Below are positions 1 to 11,371 of a stretch of 64,000 nt of DNA, piece by piece. Position 1 is the first letter of the stretch. Every line of letters begins with the position of its first letter. Location of the stretch: NCBI RefSeq assembly GCF_018350175.1, contig NC_058383.1, positions 28,150,001 through 28,214,000 of the forward strand, written 5' to 3'. Below the pieces are notes generated by a model that saw only the letters and a program-made list of their open reading frames with translations, searched no databases and was not told the DNA's origin. The translations under genes were made by a program, and so were the position numbers. The DNA is from Felis catus. Lineage: Eukaryota.

Positions 1-192
1 AAGTTGAAGTTCACAGAGCTGGCCATTGGCAAAGTGGGGAGCAGTGAAGAAAGATAACTAGTGTGGGAGAGGGAGGGCTGTTAATATAGTAGGAAGAGAA
101 CTGAAGAGCCATGTTCTTTGAACTTCCCATTCAGACTTTTTGTAGCGTTAGAGAAGGCCAGCCAAGAGGCTGAGAGAAGAATCACAGACCCA

Positions 193-361
193 GGGGCACC
201 TGGGGGGGCTCAGTCCATTAAGCATCTGGTTCTTGACTTGGGATCAGGTCATGATTTCATGGTTCATGGGTTCAAGCCCCGGGGCTCAGCTCTGACAGCA
301 TGGAGCCTGCTTGGGATTCTCTCTCTCCCTCTGTCTCTGCCCCTCCCCTACTCCTGTGCTT

Positions 362-412
<51 letters not shown>

Positions 413-435
413 AAATAAACTTAAAAAAAAAAAAA
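193..435 (+). mobile_element. Can-SINE
   Basis: tRNA-like head, (CT)n, A tail, TSD aagaatcacaga. Confidence 0.9.
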
Positions 436-967
436 GAATCACAGATCAAGACCCTCTGTAGAACAAGGTTTGGGGTCAAACAGGCTTCATGGGAATTAGC
501 TCTGCCACTTTCTGTATGTGTGGGCCTGAAGAAGGCTGTTCCTCTCTCAGTGCCTCAGTTCCCTGGTCTGTGAAATGGGAACAGTAACACCTACCTCTTA
601 AAATATAAGGCTTAAACGACAGTCTGCACCCAGTATTCATCCTGGAACCCAGATATCCCAGACTCCAGGACCCAGCCACCTTGGTTCAAATCCCAGCACC
701 ACCACACTGGGTGATAGTCACCCAGGTTATGTAACCTTTCTGGGCCTCAGCTTCCTCATATGCAAAATCGGTAGCATAATTGCCTGTACTTCTTAGGGTT
801 GATATTATTAGCATTAAAGGAGTTGAGACTTATAAGGTACTCCAGAGAGTGCTGGGCCCATTTTCATGTCAATGTTAGGAGTCCAGATGGTTGCCTTGCC
901 CCCTAGTCAGGTGAATCTGGGACTCCTGCACTGTATGATCACAAGGGTCGCCCCGGTGTTCCCTCAG

Positions 968-1150
968 GTCTGGAACTGGACAGAGCCTGAACCCATTGCT
1001 GCCCACCTACTGAACGTGTGCTTCCTGAAAACGGCAGGGATCTGGGTACCCCCGATGTACCTCTGGGTCCTTGGCCCCATCTACCTCCTCTACATCCATC
1101 GCCACGGCAACAACTACCTCCGGATGTCCCCACTCTTCAAGGCCAAAATG
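968..1150 (+). CDS. ABCC6: ABCC6 exon 2 (183 nt)
   Basis: ctcag|GTCTGG...AAAATG|gtaacc; VWNWTEPEP...[11 protein letters not shown] glycosylation sequon. Confidence 0.95.
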
Positions 1151-1701
1151 GTAACCGCTGCCTCTGGGAGGCTGTAACCAGACAATGGTTGGGAGGTGTG
1201 GGAAGCTGGCTGGAGCCTTGGCAGAGACCCCAAAGTGGACACTCCTCCTTTGAAGGAGCACCCAGGGTGGGGACAAGACGGGGACCTCTTAGTCAAACAG
1301 AGCAATACTCCAGAGAGGCTACAGAGGTAAACTCTGTGGAACCAGATTCCCCCAAACAGATATGGTGACAATGAAAACCACGCATCTGCAAACACACACA
1401 TCGGATGTGCAGATGTTCCTGGCCAGTTTGTGACTACCATACCTTGGAATTACCCACAGTGTGTGAGGTATACTCCTGGGGTACACGAGGTGATTTTAGG
1501 GTCACACTTGGGTGAACTTTTAAAAATTTTTTGAACAGTTACGTGTTGATTTTTATGTTTTCCCACTGGCAGTTCTAAACACCGGTTCTTAAAATTGTTC
1601 TGTATTTATTTTAGTGTGTTACAAAAACACGGGCATTCCAAGTGTGAGCCTTTCTGCTCATCCATCCCGTTCTCCAAACTTCTACAAGAATGTCCTTCCC
1701 A

Positions 1702-1780
1702 GGCATTAAGGAATCTGCTCCTGAAATCATTGTTGCACTATATACTAACTAACTTGGATTAAATTAAAAAAAAAAAAAAA
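1702..1780 (+). mobile_element. Extremely 5'-truncated carnivore L1 3' end
   Basis: Matches the L1 3' end at 48731-48790 in reverse complement; A tail; 16-bp TSD aagaa(t/c)gtccttccca at 1686-1701 and 1780-1795. Confidence 0.85.
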
Positions 1781-1819
1781 AGAACGTCCTTCCCATAGCA
1801 CCTCGTTAATTTTTGTCCT

Positions 1820-2392
1820 ATTGTCGAACTCTTCCTTAAAGGGCCAGACAGTATATATTTGAGGCTTTGAAGGTCCATGTGGATTCCATGTCACCTACTC
1901 TGCCATTGCAGCAGAAAAGCAGCCACAAACAACAGTAAATAAATAAGCATGACTGTGTCTCCATAGCATTTTCTCGAAAGTCACTGAAATTTAAACTTCA
2001 TGTAACTTTCACACATCATGACATATTATACTTTTTTGAGTTTTGTTCAATGATTGAAAAATGTCTGGGGCGCCTGGGTGGCGCAGTCGGTTAAGCGTCC
2101 GACTTCAGCCAGGTCACGATCTCGCGGTCCGTGAGTTCGAGCCCCGCGTGAGGCTCTGGGCTGATGGCTCGGAGCCTGGAGCCTGTTTCCGATTCTGTGT
2201 CTCCCTCTCTCTGCCCCTCCCCCGTTCATGCTCTGTCTCTCTCTGTCCCAAAAATACATAAACGTTGAAAAAAAAAATTAAAAAAAAAAAAAAAAAGAAA
2301 AGAAAAATGTCAAAAACCATCCTTAGCTCACAGGGGATACAAAAATAGGCAGCGTGTCAAACCCAGGCCACCAGTAGTACTTGGAGCCCCGC
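1820..2392. mobile_element. MER58-like hAT MITE interrupted by SINE
   Basis: aaagggccagacagta...ggctttg...aaaaaccatccttagctcac motifs resembling MER58B. Confidence 0.6.
2067..2301 (+). mobile_element. Young felid SINE (SINEC_Fc-type)
   Basis: Intact CpGs, long A tail, TSD gaaaaatgtc. Confidence 0.93.
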
Positions 2393-2580
2393 TTTGGACT
2401 GTGAGGTGCTTGTAATAGTTCCTGCTATGTGCCCAGAGGCCTCGTCTTCTCTCCCACCTGTGTCCACCTTCTGCTTTCCTGCTTTCTCTCATTCAGAAGA
2501 GAGATCCCCGCATCTTAGAGAAAGGTCTGGACACATACCAGTCCTGACAGAGCTTCTCCTTGATTTTATAGCAGGGGTCA

Positions 2581-2790
2581 CGCGTATCTGGGTGGCTCAG
2601 TCGGTTAAGCATCCAATTTCGGCTCAGGTCATGATCTCACTGTTGGTGAGTTCAAGTCCCGCGTCGGGCTGTGTGCTGACAGCTCAGAGCCTGGAGCCTG
2701 GTTCAGATTCTGTGTCTCCCTCTCTCTTTGCCCATCACTCACTCGTGCTCTCTCTGTCAAAAATAAATACACATTAAAAACTTTTTAAAA
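2581..2790 (+). mobile_element. Can-SINE
   Basis: Head/CT/A tail; imperfect TSD atag(c/t)ag(g/a)ggtca. Confidence 0.88.
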
Positions 2791-2864
2791 ATAGTAGAGG
2801 TCAAAGGGACTTGAAGAGAGTGTAACTTTTTCATACCCTGCGTGAATGTTGTTTTAGGCTGCTT

Positions 2865-2865
2865 C

Positions 2866-2908
<43 letters not shown>

Positions 2909-2967
2909 TAAATGTTTATTTTCGAGAGACACAGAGTGTGAGTGGGGGGAGGGGCAGAGAGAGGGAG

Positions 2968-3011
<44 letters not shown>

Positions 3012-3359
3012 TCCAAAGCAGCCTCCAGGCTCCGAGCTGTCAGCACAGAGCCCGATGTAGGGCTCGAACTCATGAACAATGAGATCGTGACCTGAGCTGA
3101 AGTCAGACAGTTAACCATCTGAGCCACCCAGGAGCCCCTTTTTTTAAAAATTTTTTTGATGTTTATTTATTTGAGAGAGAGAGACAGACAGAGCATGAGC
3201 GGGGGAGGGGCAGAGAGAGACAGACACAGAATTTGAAGCAGGCTCCAGGCTCTGAGCTGTCAGCACAGAGCCCAACGCAGGGCTTGAACTCACGAACCGT
3301 GAGAACATGACCTGAGCTGAAGTTGGACACTTAACCTACTGAGCCACCCAGGCGCCCCC
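2865..3359 (-). mobile_element. Two tandem antisense Can-SINEs (about 2865-3138, 3139-3359); first has (TTTA)n tail and internal (CA)n
   Basis: Two gagccacccagg(a/c)gcccc heads. Confidence 0.9.
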
Positions 3360-3688
3360 ATAGCACTTCTTCATACCTAAAGCACCTCGCCTGCGTACTC
3401 TTGGTGCACCCTGCCCCACCCTCGCATTCTGGAAAATACTGGGTTGGCCTGGGTCCCTGGGGCATATTATTTATAGGACACTTCCAGGTCAAGGTGAATC
3501 TGTAGGTAAGGCTCCCCTTCCTGCTTCTTATTCCGCATCTCTCACATTGGCACTGTTAAATTATGATGTTGGGACCTTAGCGGTGCCTCATCCAGAGCCA
3601 CCGCCCAGTGGGCGTGGGGTCCCTGTCTGGTTTGCCCCCCACCCTTCTTTTTGCCCGCCGGCCTTATCTAGCCAAGCCTGTTTCCCAG

Positions 3689-3814
3689 GTGCTTGGGCTT
3701 GCCCTCATCATCCTGTGCACGTCCAGCGTGTCTGTGGCTCTCTGGAGAATCCAGCGGGGAACACCCCAGGCCCCAGAATTCCTCATTCATCCTACTGTGT
3801 GGCTCACCACGACG
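3689..3814 (+). CDS. ABCC6: ABCC6 exon 3 (126 nt)
   Basis: cccag|GTGCTT...ACGACG|gtaagg; [10 protein letters not shown]...HPTVWLTTT. Confidence 0.95.
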
Positions 3815-3959
3815 GTAAGGACAACCCAGGCTTGCTGGGCTAGCTCCTGGCTGAGAGGCTTCTCTTGCCCTGGTGGAGGGTGTGGGGCAGAGCACAGCTC
3901 CCTTCCGCCCTCCCTGCCCCTGCCCACCTTAAGGGGCCTGTCCTGACTCTCCTGTCCAG

Positions 3960-4088
3960 AGCTTCGCCATGTTCCTGGTCCACACGGAGAGGAAGAAAGG
4001 GGTCCGGGCATCGGGGCTGCTGTTTGGATACTGGCTTCTCTGCTTTCTCTTGCCAGCGACCAGTGCTGCCCAGCTGGCCTCGCAAGGG
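3960..4088 (+). CDS. ABCC6: ABCC6 exon 4 (129 nt)
   Basis: tccag|AGCTTC...CAAGGG|gtaagt; [25 protein letters not shown]. Confidence 0.95.
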
Positions 4089-4578
4089 GTAAGTGGAAGC
4101 CTGGGGAACCGATGTGGCAGTTTCAGGCCGTGGGTTGCCCTGCCTCCCTCCTTCCTCCTCCCCTTTCCGCACATGACTTACTGTCTACACAGGGACACAC
4201 ACCACGGTTGCTTAAACTCCAGCGACACACAGGCACACTCACTCACACAGGTGTATGCGTCATCCCATATGTTTTTATGGACACTCATTCCCAGGGTCTT
4301 ACACACTTAGCTCACACACTTCACTTGCACAGCAGACGCACCCCTTTGTGCCCCACCTTTCATGCATCACACAACTACCGTCTGAAACACACCCACACCT
4401 GCCGCCACCCAGTGTGTCTGTCTGTGCCTTCAAGCTCCCACACGATTCAGGCACATGCATCGCCCATTCCCACACCGCACACCCGTGCACACGTCCTCCC
4501 TTGCACCACTGGCCACAGGTGCAGTGTTGGTTCACGCCGTCAGGAGCTTCCCCGATGAAATTTGAAAGTGGCCCCATA

Positions 4579-4813
4579 GGGGCGCGTGGGTGGCTCGGTC
4601 GGTTAAGTGTCTGACTTCAGGTCAGGTCATGATCTTGCAATTCGTGGGTTCGAGCCCCGCGTCAGGCTCTGTGCTGACAGCTCGGAGCCGGGAGCCTGCT
4701 TTGGATTCTATGTCTCCCTCTCTCTCTGCCCCTCCTTCACTCGTATTCTGTCTGTCTGTCTCTCAAAAATAATAAACAATCTCTCTCAATAAATAATAAA
4801 AATTAAAAAAAAA
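4579..4813 (+). mobile_element. Can-SINE
   Basis: ggggcgcgtgggtggctcgg head and A tail. Confidence 0.9.
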
Positions 4814-4847
4814 TTAGGTCTAATTAGTATTAGGTCTAATCCCTGAT

Positions 4848-5067
4848 ACTCCAGATGGTAGCTGGCAGAGTTAATAAGCAAGGGGACTTACAAGGCTTGT
4901 CCCAGGCACCACAGGACGAGTAGATGTCCGCACCTGCCACCAGAATCTTCGAAGTATATAGAGGCTTATGTCCAGACAGTCTCCACAACATGTTACTGTC
5001 TCAAGTTTGTGTTCTTGAAAAAGCTCCTAGTGCGAGACACGAGTGAGTGGAATGACCTCCCAAAACA
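4848..5067 (-). mobile_element. Truncated LTR, same family as 10989-11371
   Basis: Collinear similarity with 11040-11371; begins TGTTTTGGGAGG on - strand. Confidence 0.7.
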
Positions 5068-5182
5068 TACCTGCGCACACAATCTTTCTGTATGAGCGTG
5101 CACATCTCCCCTCGTTCTCACCTACCCTCACCCATGCTCCCCTCTGGACATAATACGCATTGTTGCATATCCATCCATATTT

Positions 5183-5302
5183 CTTTTTCATTTTATGTAG
5201 AGAGAGTGAGCACTGTGCTTTCAGCTCACTCTCAAGACCATGAGATCAGGACCTGAGCCAAAATCAAGAGTCAGATGCTCAACCCACTGAGCTACCCAGG
5301 CT
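5183..5302 (-). mobile_element. Partial Can-SINE
   Basis: Head region retained, internal deletion. Confidence 0.75.
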
Positions 5303-5414
5303 TCCCTTCCCCCCACCCCCCTCCCTATATTTCGGTTTCCCATCCTGGCCAATAGCAGTTCCGTGTTAAGGGACACATCGGATCTGTTTACCTGCAAAGA
5401 GAGAAATAGCCCAG

Positions 5415-5603
5415 ACCTCGGTCCCTCAACTGCAGCACTCTTGACATCATTCTCTTTGGGGCGGGGGGAGCCGTTCTCGCCTTGTCGGATGTTAAACAGC
5501 ATCCCCGGCCTCCACCTGCTAGATGCCAAGTGCGCACCTTCCCTTGATGGTAAAACCCAGAGTGTCTGCCCTTGGGGACAAATTTGCCCCGGTTGAAAAG
5601 TGC
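5415..5603. mobile_element. MER20-like MITE
   Basis: ggatgttaaacagcatccccggcctccacctgctagatgcca motif; similar to 28228-28421. Confidence 0.65.
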
Positions 5604-6113
5604 TTGCGTAGTTGGGATGCTCACCCCAGATCTGGAGACCCCCTGCAACGGGCTGTAGATCGTTTCTCCAGCCAGATGGTTGCTCCAGTCCTGCTCCCGA
5701 AAGGAAAAGGCAGAGACATACCATTCTGTCCTTAAGGACAAATTTTCACAAAGTAATCTTCGTAACCGACGGGAAAATTGCACAGGCCATCCACTGATGT
5801 GTGCAAAGCTAGGTTCCCCCAGCGGCCAGATGCAGCACAGAAATAATAATATTGTGACCACGCATTAATATTGTGACCCCGGCCACATGCCAGGCCCTGC
5901 AAAAGCCACTTTATGTCATGTCTTCATTGGATTCTTACAAGAATGTGCTGTGGCAGATTCTCACAGTCCCGTTTTAAAGATGGGGAAACCAAGGCTAAGA
6001 GAAATGAGCGGCCTCCTCAAGGTCACACGGCCGAGGAGCGCAGAGCCCAAGTCCATCTCCCCCGAATTTAGAACAAATGTCCCGATAGAAATAGTGGTAA
6101 AAATGGCATTATA

Positions 6114-6330
6114 GGGGCGCCTGGGTGGCTCAGTCGGTTAAGCGGCCGACTTCGGCTCAGGTCATGATCTCGCGGTCCGTGAGTTCGAGCCCTGCGTCGG
6201 GCTCTGTGCTGACAGCTCAGGGCCTGGAGCCTGTTTCAGATTCTGTGTCTCCCTGTTTCTGACCCTCCCTCGTTCATGCTCTGTCTCTCTATGTCTCAAA
6301 AATAAATAAAGGTTAAAAAATTTAAAAAAA
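6114..6330 (+). mobile_element. Felid SINE
   Basis: TSD aaaaatggcattata. Confidence 0.92.
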
Positions 6331-7145
6331 ATGGCATTATAGAGAAGGTGAGCCACGATGTAGCTGGGATATCAAATTGTCTAATACCTCAGAAAACAAA
6401 AGTAAGAACAAAAGAGTAGAAATCCCGTAGAGGAACTGCCATTTGAAACGAGGGCTCTTGTTTTAAGCCACAAAGACTCAACTCACACTAGCTTAAGGGG
6501 GGAAAAAAAGTCTGGAGGAATTCATTAGCTCCTACATGGGGGCTCTCCTGGGCACGGTTGGTCCAAGTGTTCAGATGACGCCGTCAGATAGATCTCCATC
6601 TCCTTCTGTCTCTTGGTTCTGGCCTGTTATTTGTTCAACAGTGGGGTGGCAAGAAGAACCAACAATCGCACTAGACCTAGGCTCCACCCCTGCAGCAACC
6701 CCAGTGAAAGATCTCCTGATGGTTCCAGCTCTCACTGACCCAGTGTGGGTCGTATGTCCATTCCTGACCCCATCACAGTAGCCAGGGGACTGGAACGTAC
6801 TCACTGGTCAGACCTCAGTCCCCTGCCCACCGCCTGAAATGGAGTCACTTCTGCATAAACCACATACCTGAGCATGGGAAAAGAAATTAAGGGAGTCTGA
6901 CAGAGGGGCAGCAGATACGAAAGCCATCACGGTGTGGCAGCAAAAGTTCTTGATTTGGATCGGATCATCTGGGTGCCCTTGAGCAAGGTGCTATTGCTTC
7001 TGTGAACTTGGTTTCTGCATGAGTAAAATAGAGCAGCTAAACTCCAGCTGGGGTCAGAGTGGGGAGGGACTTGATGAGACAGTGCCCAAAAAGACTCCCG
7101 CATAGGCACAGGGTGGAATACATGCTCACTAAATCCAGTTCCCTT

Positions 7146-7377
7146 CTTTTTTATTTAAGTTTATTTATTTATTTTGAGAGAGAGAGCGTGTGCACACATG
7201 TACGCAACCGGGGGAGGGGCAGAGAGAGGAGAGAGAGAAAATCCCAAGCATGCTCTGCACCGTGAGCCTGAGCCCGACGCAAGCCCCATGGGAGGCTGGA
7301 TCTCACAACGGTGAGATCATGACCTGAGCTGAAACTGAGAGTCCAATGCTTAATCGACTGAGCCACCCAGGTGCCCC
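7146..7377 (-). mobile_element. Can-SINE
   Basis: Antisense head/tail; TSD-like ccagtttccct. Confidence 0.88.
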
Positions 7378-7809
7378 AAACCAGTTTCCCTCTTAAACCA
7401 GAAAACACTGGCCATGAGGAAGCAGAATGGGATATTGGGGTGGGGGCTGGAGTAGAGAAGGGCTTTCCTCCGTGGCACAAGGAGAAAGGAAAAGTATCCC
7501 CCTGCTCACATTCCAGGGGCTGTGGTCAACTGTCACCTGCCTAAGGGGAGACACATGCCCCCCCATTTCATGCAGAGTATGGGGGTCGGGTGTTCCTAAA
7601 TCGGGTCACCAGGCATGCCGGGGGCACTGGCTTTCAAACCCTGTGGCTCTGGCTCCCTGCCTGGGCACTGCTCATAGCTTCAGAAACCTGCTCAGCCGTG
7701 AGCATTCCTCCCCTTAGAGACACCCTGCCCAGCCTCTGCTCCCCACAGGCCTCTGGCTGCAGACTTCACCATGCCAGACTTGATGGGACTTGTGCTTTCT
7801 CGCCCACAG

Positions 7810-7935
7810 GGCTTCCAGAGTGACCCCTACTACCACCTGTCGACCTACCTGTGCTTGTCTCTGGTGCTGGCACAGTTTGTGCTGTCCTGCCTCGTCGATC
7901 AACCCCCCTTCTTCCCTAAAGACCCCCAACAGTCT
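7810..7935 (+). CDS. ABCC6: ABCC6 exon 5 (126 nt)
   Basis: cacag|GGCTTC...CAGTCT|gtaagt; GFQSDPYYHLSTYLCLSLV...PKDPQQS. Confidence 0.95.
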
Positions 7936-8095
7936 GTAAGTTGCCGTGTCTCCAACCCAGCACCTCCCTTGTCCCTGTTTCATTTCTGGTCTCAGTTTCC
8001 CCGTGGGACAGAAGGGAGCTAAACTAGGACACGAGCCTTTCATAATTTTTTACCCATTCTTTCATTCAGCAAAATGTGTATTGTATATCTGTGCC

Positions 8096-8300
8096 CTAGG
8101 CTGGCCAACTTTTTCTGATCAGAGCAAGACAGAAAGTATTTTAGGCTTTGTGGGCCATATGGTCTCTGCAGCATCGATTCAACTCTGCTGCTGCTGCACA
8201 GATAGTATGTCAAAGGAGCATGGCTGTATTCCAGTAAAACTTTACTTGCGGAAACAGGCACTGTGTCAGATCTGGGCCAGGAGCTGTGGTCCAGTCCCTG
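8096..8300. mobile_element. MER58A-like MITE
   Basis: tattttaggctttgtgggccatatggtctctg...ccagtaaaactttact. Confidence 0.65.
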
Positions 8301-9140
8301 CGCTGTACCCCAGCTAGGTGCGGAGGATCTATGGCAAACAAGCAGACGTAGTCCCTGTCCTCATGCAGCTAACAGCCAAGTAGAGCAACCAGACATTAAT
8401 CGCATAATTGCACAAGCACGTAGAAAGTTACGTTTGGGGCAAGTGCCCTGCAGGAGAAATTCGGGGTCCGTGAGAGTTTACAACAGGTAGCACTGAACTA
8501 GCCTGTGAAATCAGGAAAGAATTCTCTGAGGAAGAGACAGTTGAGCTAAGGTCACCTAAGGAAAAAAAATGCTCAGTGACATGAGTAATCAAATGAAGAC
8601 TCTAGAACTTTTTTCTTCTGTGAGAATGAAAGAAAACATTAAAAATTGATAATAAGCTGTGATGGCAAAGATGTGGTGAAATAAGCAGTCTCGTGCTCTA
8701 GTGGTAAAAGGCGAAGATGCGTGCGGTTTTTCTGGAGCAGCTGGCAACGTCTCAGGACAGATCCCTCCGCACTTCTCACCAAATTCACTGAGGGATGTTG
8801 TCGAGGATGTTATTGTCTGTGTCACACATGCTCCGTGATTCTAGGAGCTTCTTAGTCTCAGTATTAGTAATAGTTGTTCCCCTGGGAAGCTGTTAGTTCT
8901 TACCTATTGGTTGCTGTCAGATTTGTGGCACAAATCGCTTTGGGCCTTACCTGCTAGGAAGCACCTAGCCCACGGGTATTCACCTGTACCAAGCAGTCAG
9001 GGCATCTCAAGGCACACTTCCAGTAATACCGAGCTCACGGTCCGTTCATCCGGTCTTCCTGACCTTGGTTCCCTTGCCTTATACTGGCCATGGAATGTGA
9101 GACTTGCGTCCTTCACCAACACCATCTCTTGTCTTTACAG

Positions 9141-9202
9141 AATCCATGCCCAGAGGCTGGAGCTTCCTTCCCCTCCAAGGCCATGTTCTGGTGGGTTTCT
9201 GG
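9141..9202 (+). CDS. ABCC6: ABCC6 exon 6 (62 nt)
   Basis: tacag|AATCCA...TCTGG|gtaagt; [20 protein letters not shown]. Confidence 0.93.
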
Positions 9203-10174
9203 GTAAGTAGAGTAGCAGGGAAGGGGCCAAGGTGCATTTGCTTTCTTATTCGTCACTACACCTCTTCCCCCCAAGACGTTTCCGGTCAAGCCTACCAAGG
9301 TCAGCCAGGCTTTCTTCCTCCCAGCCTCAGTGCTTCTCTGTCCGATGTCAGTGTGTCCAATCTCCACACCCCATTCCCATTCACTCACTGGAGTGAGATC
9401 TGGGTTTGAGTCCGGCTTTCCCTCTTAGCTGGCCCATATCACAAACATTCAGGACCTCAGTTTTCCCCTCTGTAAAAGGGGAACAGCTCTACCTTCATTA
9501 AATGTGCATTGCTTAGTGCTTATGCACAGTAGGTGCTCAACAAAACCAAATCTATTCCTTGGCTGCATTCGTTCCACCAGCATCTAATATGCACCTGCTA
9601 TTTGCTAAGCACCGGGAGTAAGGACAGAAGAGACCACATCTTTACTCCCCAGAGGCTCCCAGAGGTGGAGAAGACATGTGTTTCTCCAGGGCCAGCACAC
9701 CAGGCAGTGAGGATGCCCTGTCCCCTCCAGACCACATTGCAGTCAGATCTTGGCAGCCCCTGGATTCAAATCCTGGCCTCGCCACTTCCTGGCTGTGTGA
9801 CCCTGGGCAAGCTGCTTAACCTCCCTGCGTCTCAGTCCCTGCCCCTGAAAAATGAGGATAATAAGAGCATCTACCTAATAGGGGTGTGGGAATTAAATGA
9901 AATAAGGCTTCAAAGCACTGAGCACAGGGTCTGGCCCGTAATGAGTACTATACAAAGTGGTTGGTGAATACATAAAGACTAGAATGCCCTCGGGGTGAGG
10001 AATTGGTGGGAAGTGCATACAGTTTGGCCAAACGGCTCTAGAGAGGACCTAGCCCTCTTTTTCCCAAATGTAGGCATTTGTGGATCATTCTTCAAGCTTT
10101 TTGCCTTATTGGGATTTTATTTTCCTTCCTTTACTTAGTGGTTTTTTTTCTATTTTTAAACTCATTTTTCTTTC

Positions 10175-10395
10175 TTTTTTTAAAAACTTTTTTAAAAAGT
10201 TTATTTGTTTTAAGACAGAAAGAGAGGGAGAGAGAGAATTAGCGAGGGAGGGACTGAGAGAGAGAACGACACAGGATCAGAAGTGGGCTCGATGCCGACA
10301 GTGCAGAGCCCGATTTGGGGCTTGAACCCACAACCCGTGAGATCATGACCCAAGTCGAAGTTGGATGCCCAACCGACAGAGCCACCCAGGCGCCT
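10175..10395 (-). mobile_element. Can-SINE
   Basis: Antisense head gccacccaggcgcc. Confidence 0.88.
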
Positions 10396-10618
10396 GGTTT
10401 TTGTTTTTTTTTTCTTTAAATCAACTCACTTTTTCTACTCTAATAAACTTTTTTTAAAGGAAACTTTCTATCACTGCCAAGTTGGAAAAAAACCTATTAA
10501 ATCACTTGCCACATAGATCTCCTCCCCCCAAAATTTCAGTGAAAACCAGGTCATGTTAATAATTTCTAGGTCAGAACTAGATTGGCTGAATTTGCTCTGC
10601 ATTAAAAAGACAAAAGGA

Positions 10619-10848
10619 GGGGCGCCTGGGTGGCTCAGTCGGTTGAGCGTCCGACTTCAGCTCAGGTCACGATCTCACGGTCCGTGAGTTCGAGCCCCAC
10701 GTCGGGCTCTGGGCTGATGGCTCAGAGCCTGGAGCCTGCTTCCAATTCTGTGTCTCTCTCTCTGCCCCTCCCCCATTCATGCTCTGTCTCTCTCTGTCTC
10801 AAAAATAAATAAATGTTAAAAAAATAAATAAATAAAAAATTAAAAAAA
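10619..10848 (+). mobile_element. Felid SINE
   Basis: Canonical head, CT region, A tail. Confidence 0.92.
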
Positions 10849-10988
10849 GGAACTTGGAAAGTCTCCGAGGCGAGCTTAGGACCAGCAGCAAACAAGACCA
10901 TCTCCTTGGTATTATCAGAAAAATTACAGACACCTGAGAAGTAATAAACCGCTCCCGCCTTGAAGTCTAGAGTAATTGATCTCTTGTG

Positions 10989-11371
10989 TATGCGTGCTGG
11001 CCCCCAGCTTGGCAAGGACAGACTGAAGACAGAGCAGACCGTTCCAATTGGCAGGTGGTGGTTTTAATAAGCAAGGAAACTTAGGAGGCTTGTCCTGGGC
11101 GGCCACAAAGCGAATAGATCTCCGGACCTGCCCGCCAGAACCTTACAAGTTAATGCGGGGGCCTCAGCGGGGTTCAGGCACATCTACCATCCAGAGAGTC
11201 TCAACAACACATTGCCTTCTCAAGGCTGCATCCTTGAAACGACTTTTAGTGCAGGCAGAGTGGGCAGATCCTACTTTCCAAGGACAGAGGACGGGCGAGG
11301 AGCCTCTGATTGCCCACGTCCAGCTTGCGGGACACCCGGAGGTCACGTCCTCTCCGTGACCGCCTCCAATA
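10989..11371 (-). mobile_element. Solo LTR, probably carnivore ERV (CarLTR-like)
   Basis: About 380 bp, ATTAAA on - strand near 11063, near-TSD ttgtg/atgtg, second copy at 4848-5067; family name from memory. Confidence 0.7.

Noticed and set aside
866..967. In-frame ATGs upstream of exon 2 as an alternative start
   Set aside because: Intronic sequence partly within a MIR-like relic, no promoter evidence; the true exon 1 is expected upstream of the window
2067..2150. tRNA-like A/B boxes
   Set aside because: SINE heads, not tRNA genes
2047..2320. Recurrent small ORFs such as MSGAPGWRSRLSVRLQ and SSSPASGSVLTAQSLEP across the window
   Set aside because: All are Can-SINE translations, not a gene family
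5847..5878. Short direct repeats (taatattgtgacc x2; also attaggtctaat x2 near 4813, ttttaacggg x2 near 28594)
   Set aside because: Two-copy local micro-duplications; no spacer array or CRISPR-like periodicity
4848..11371. Full provirus between the two LTRs
   Set aside because: No gag/pol/env remnants or PBS seen; the interval contains host exons 5-6 and older elements
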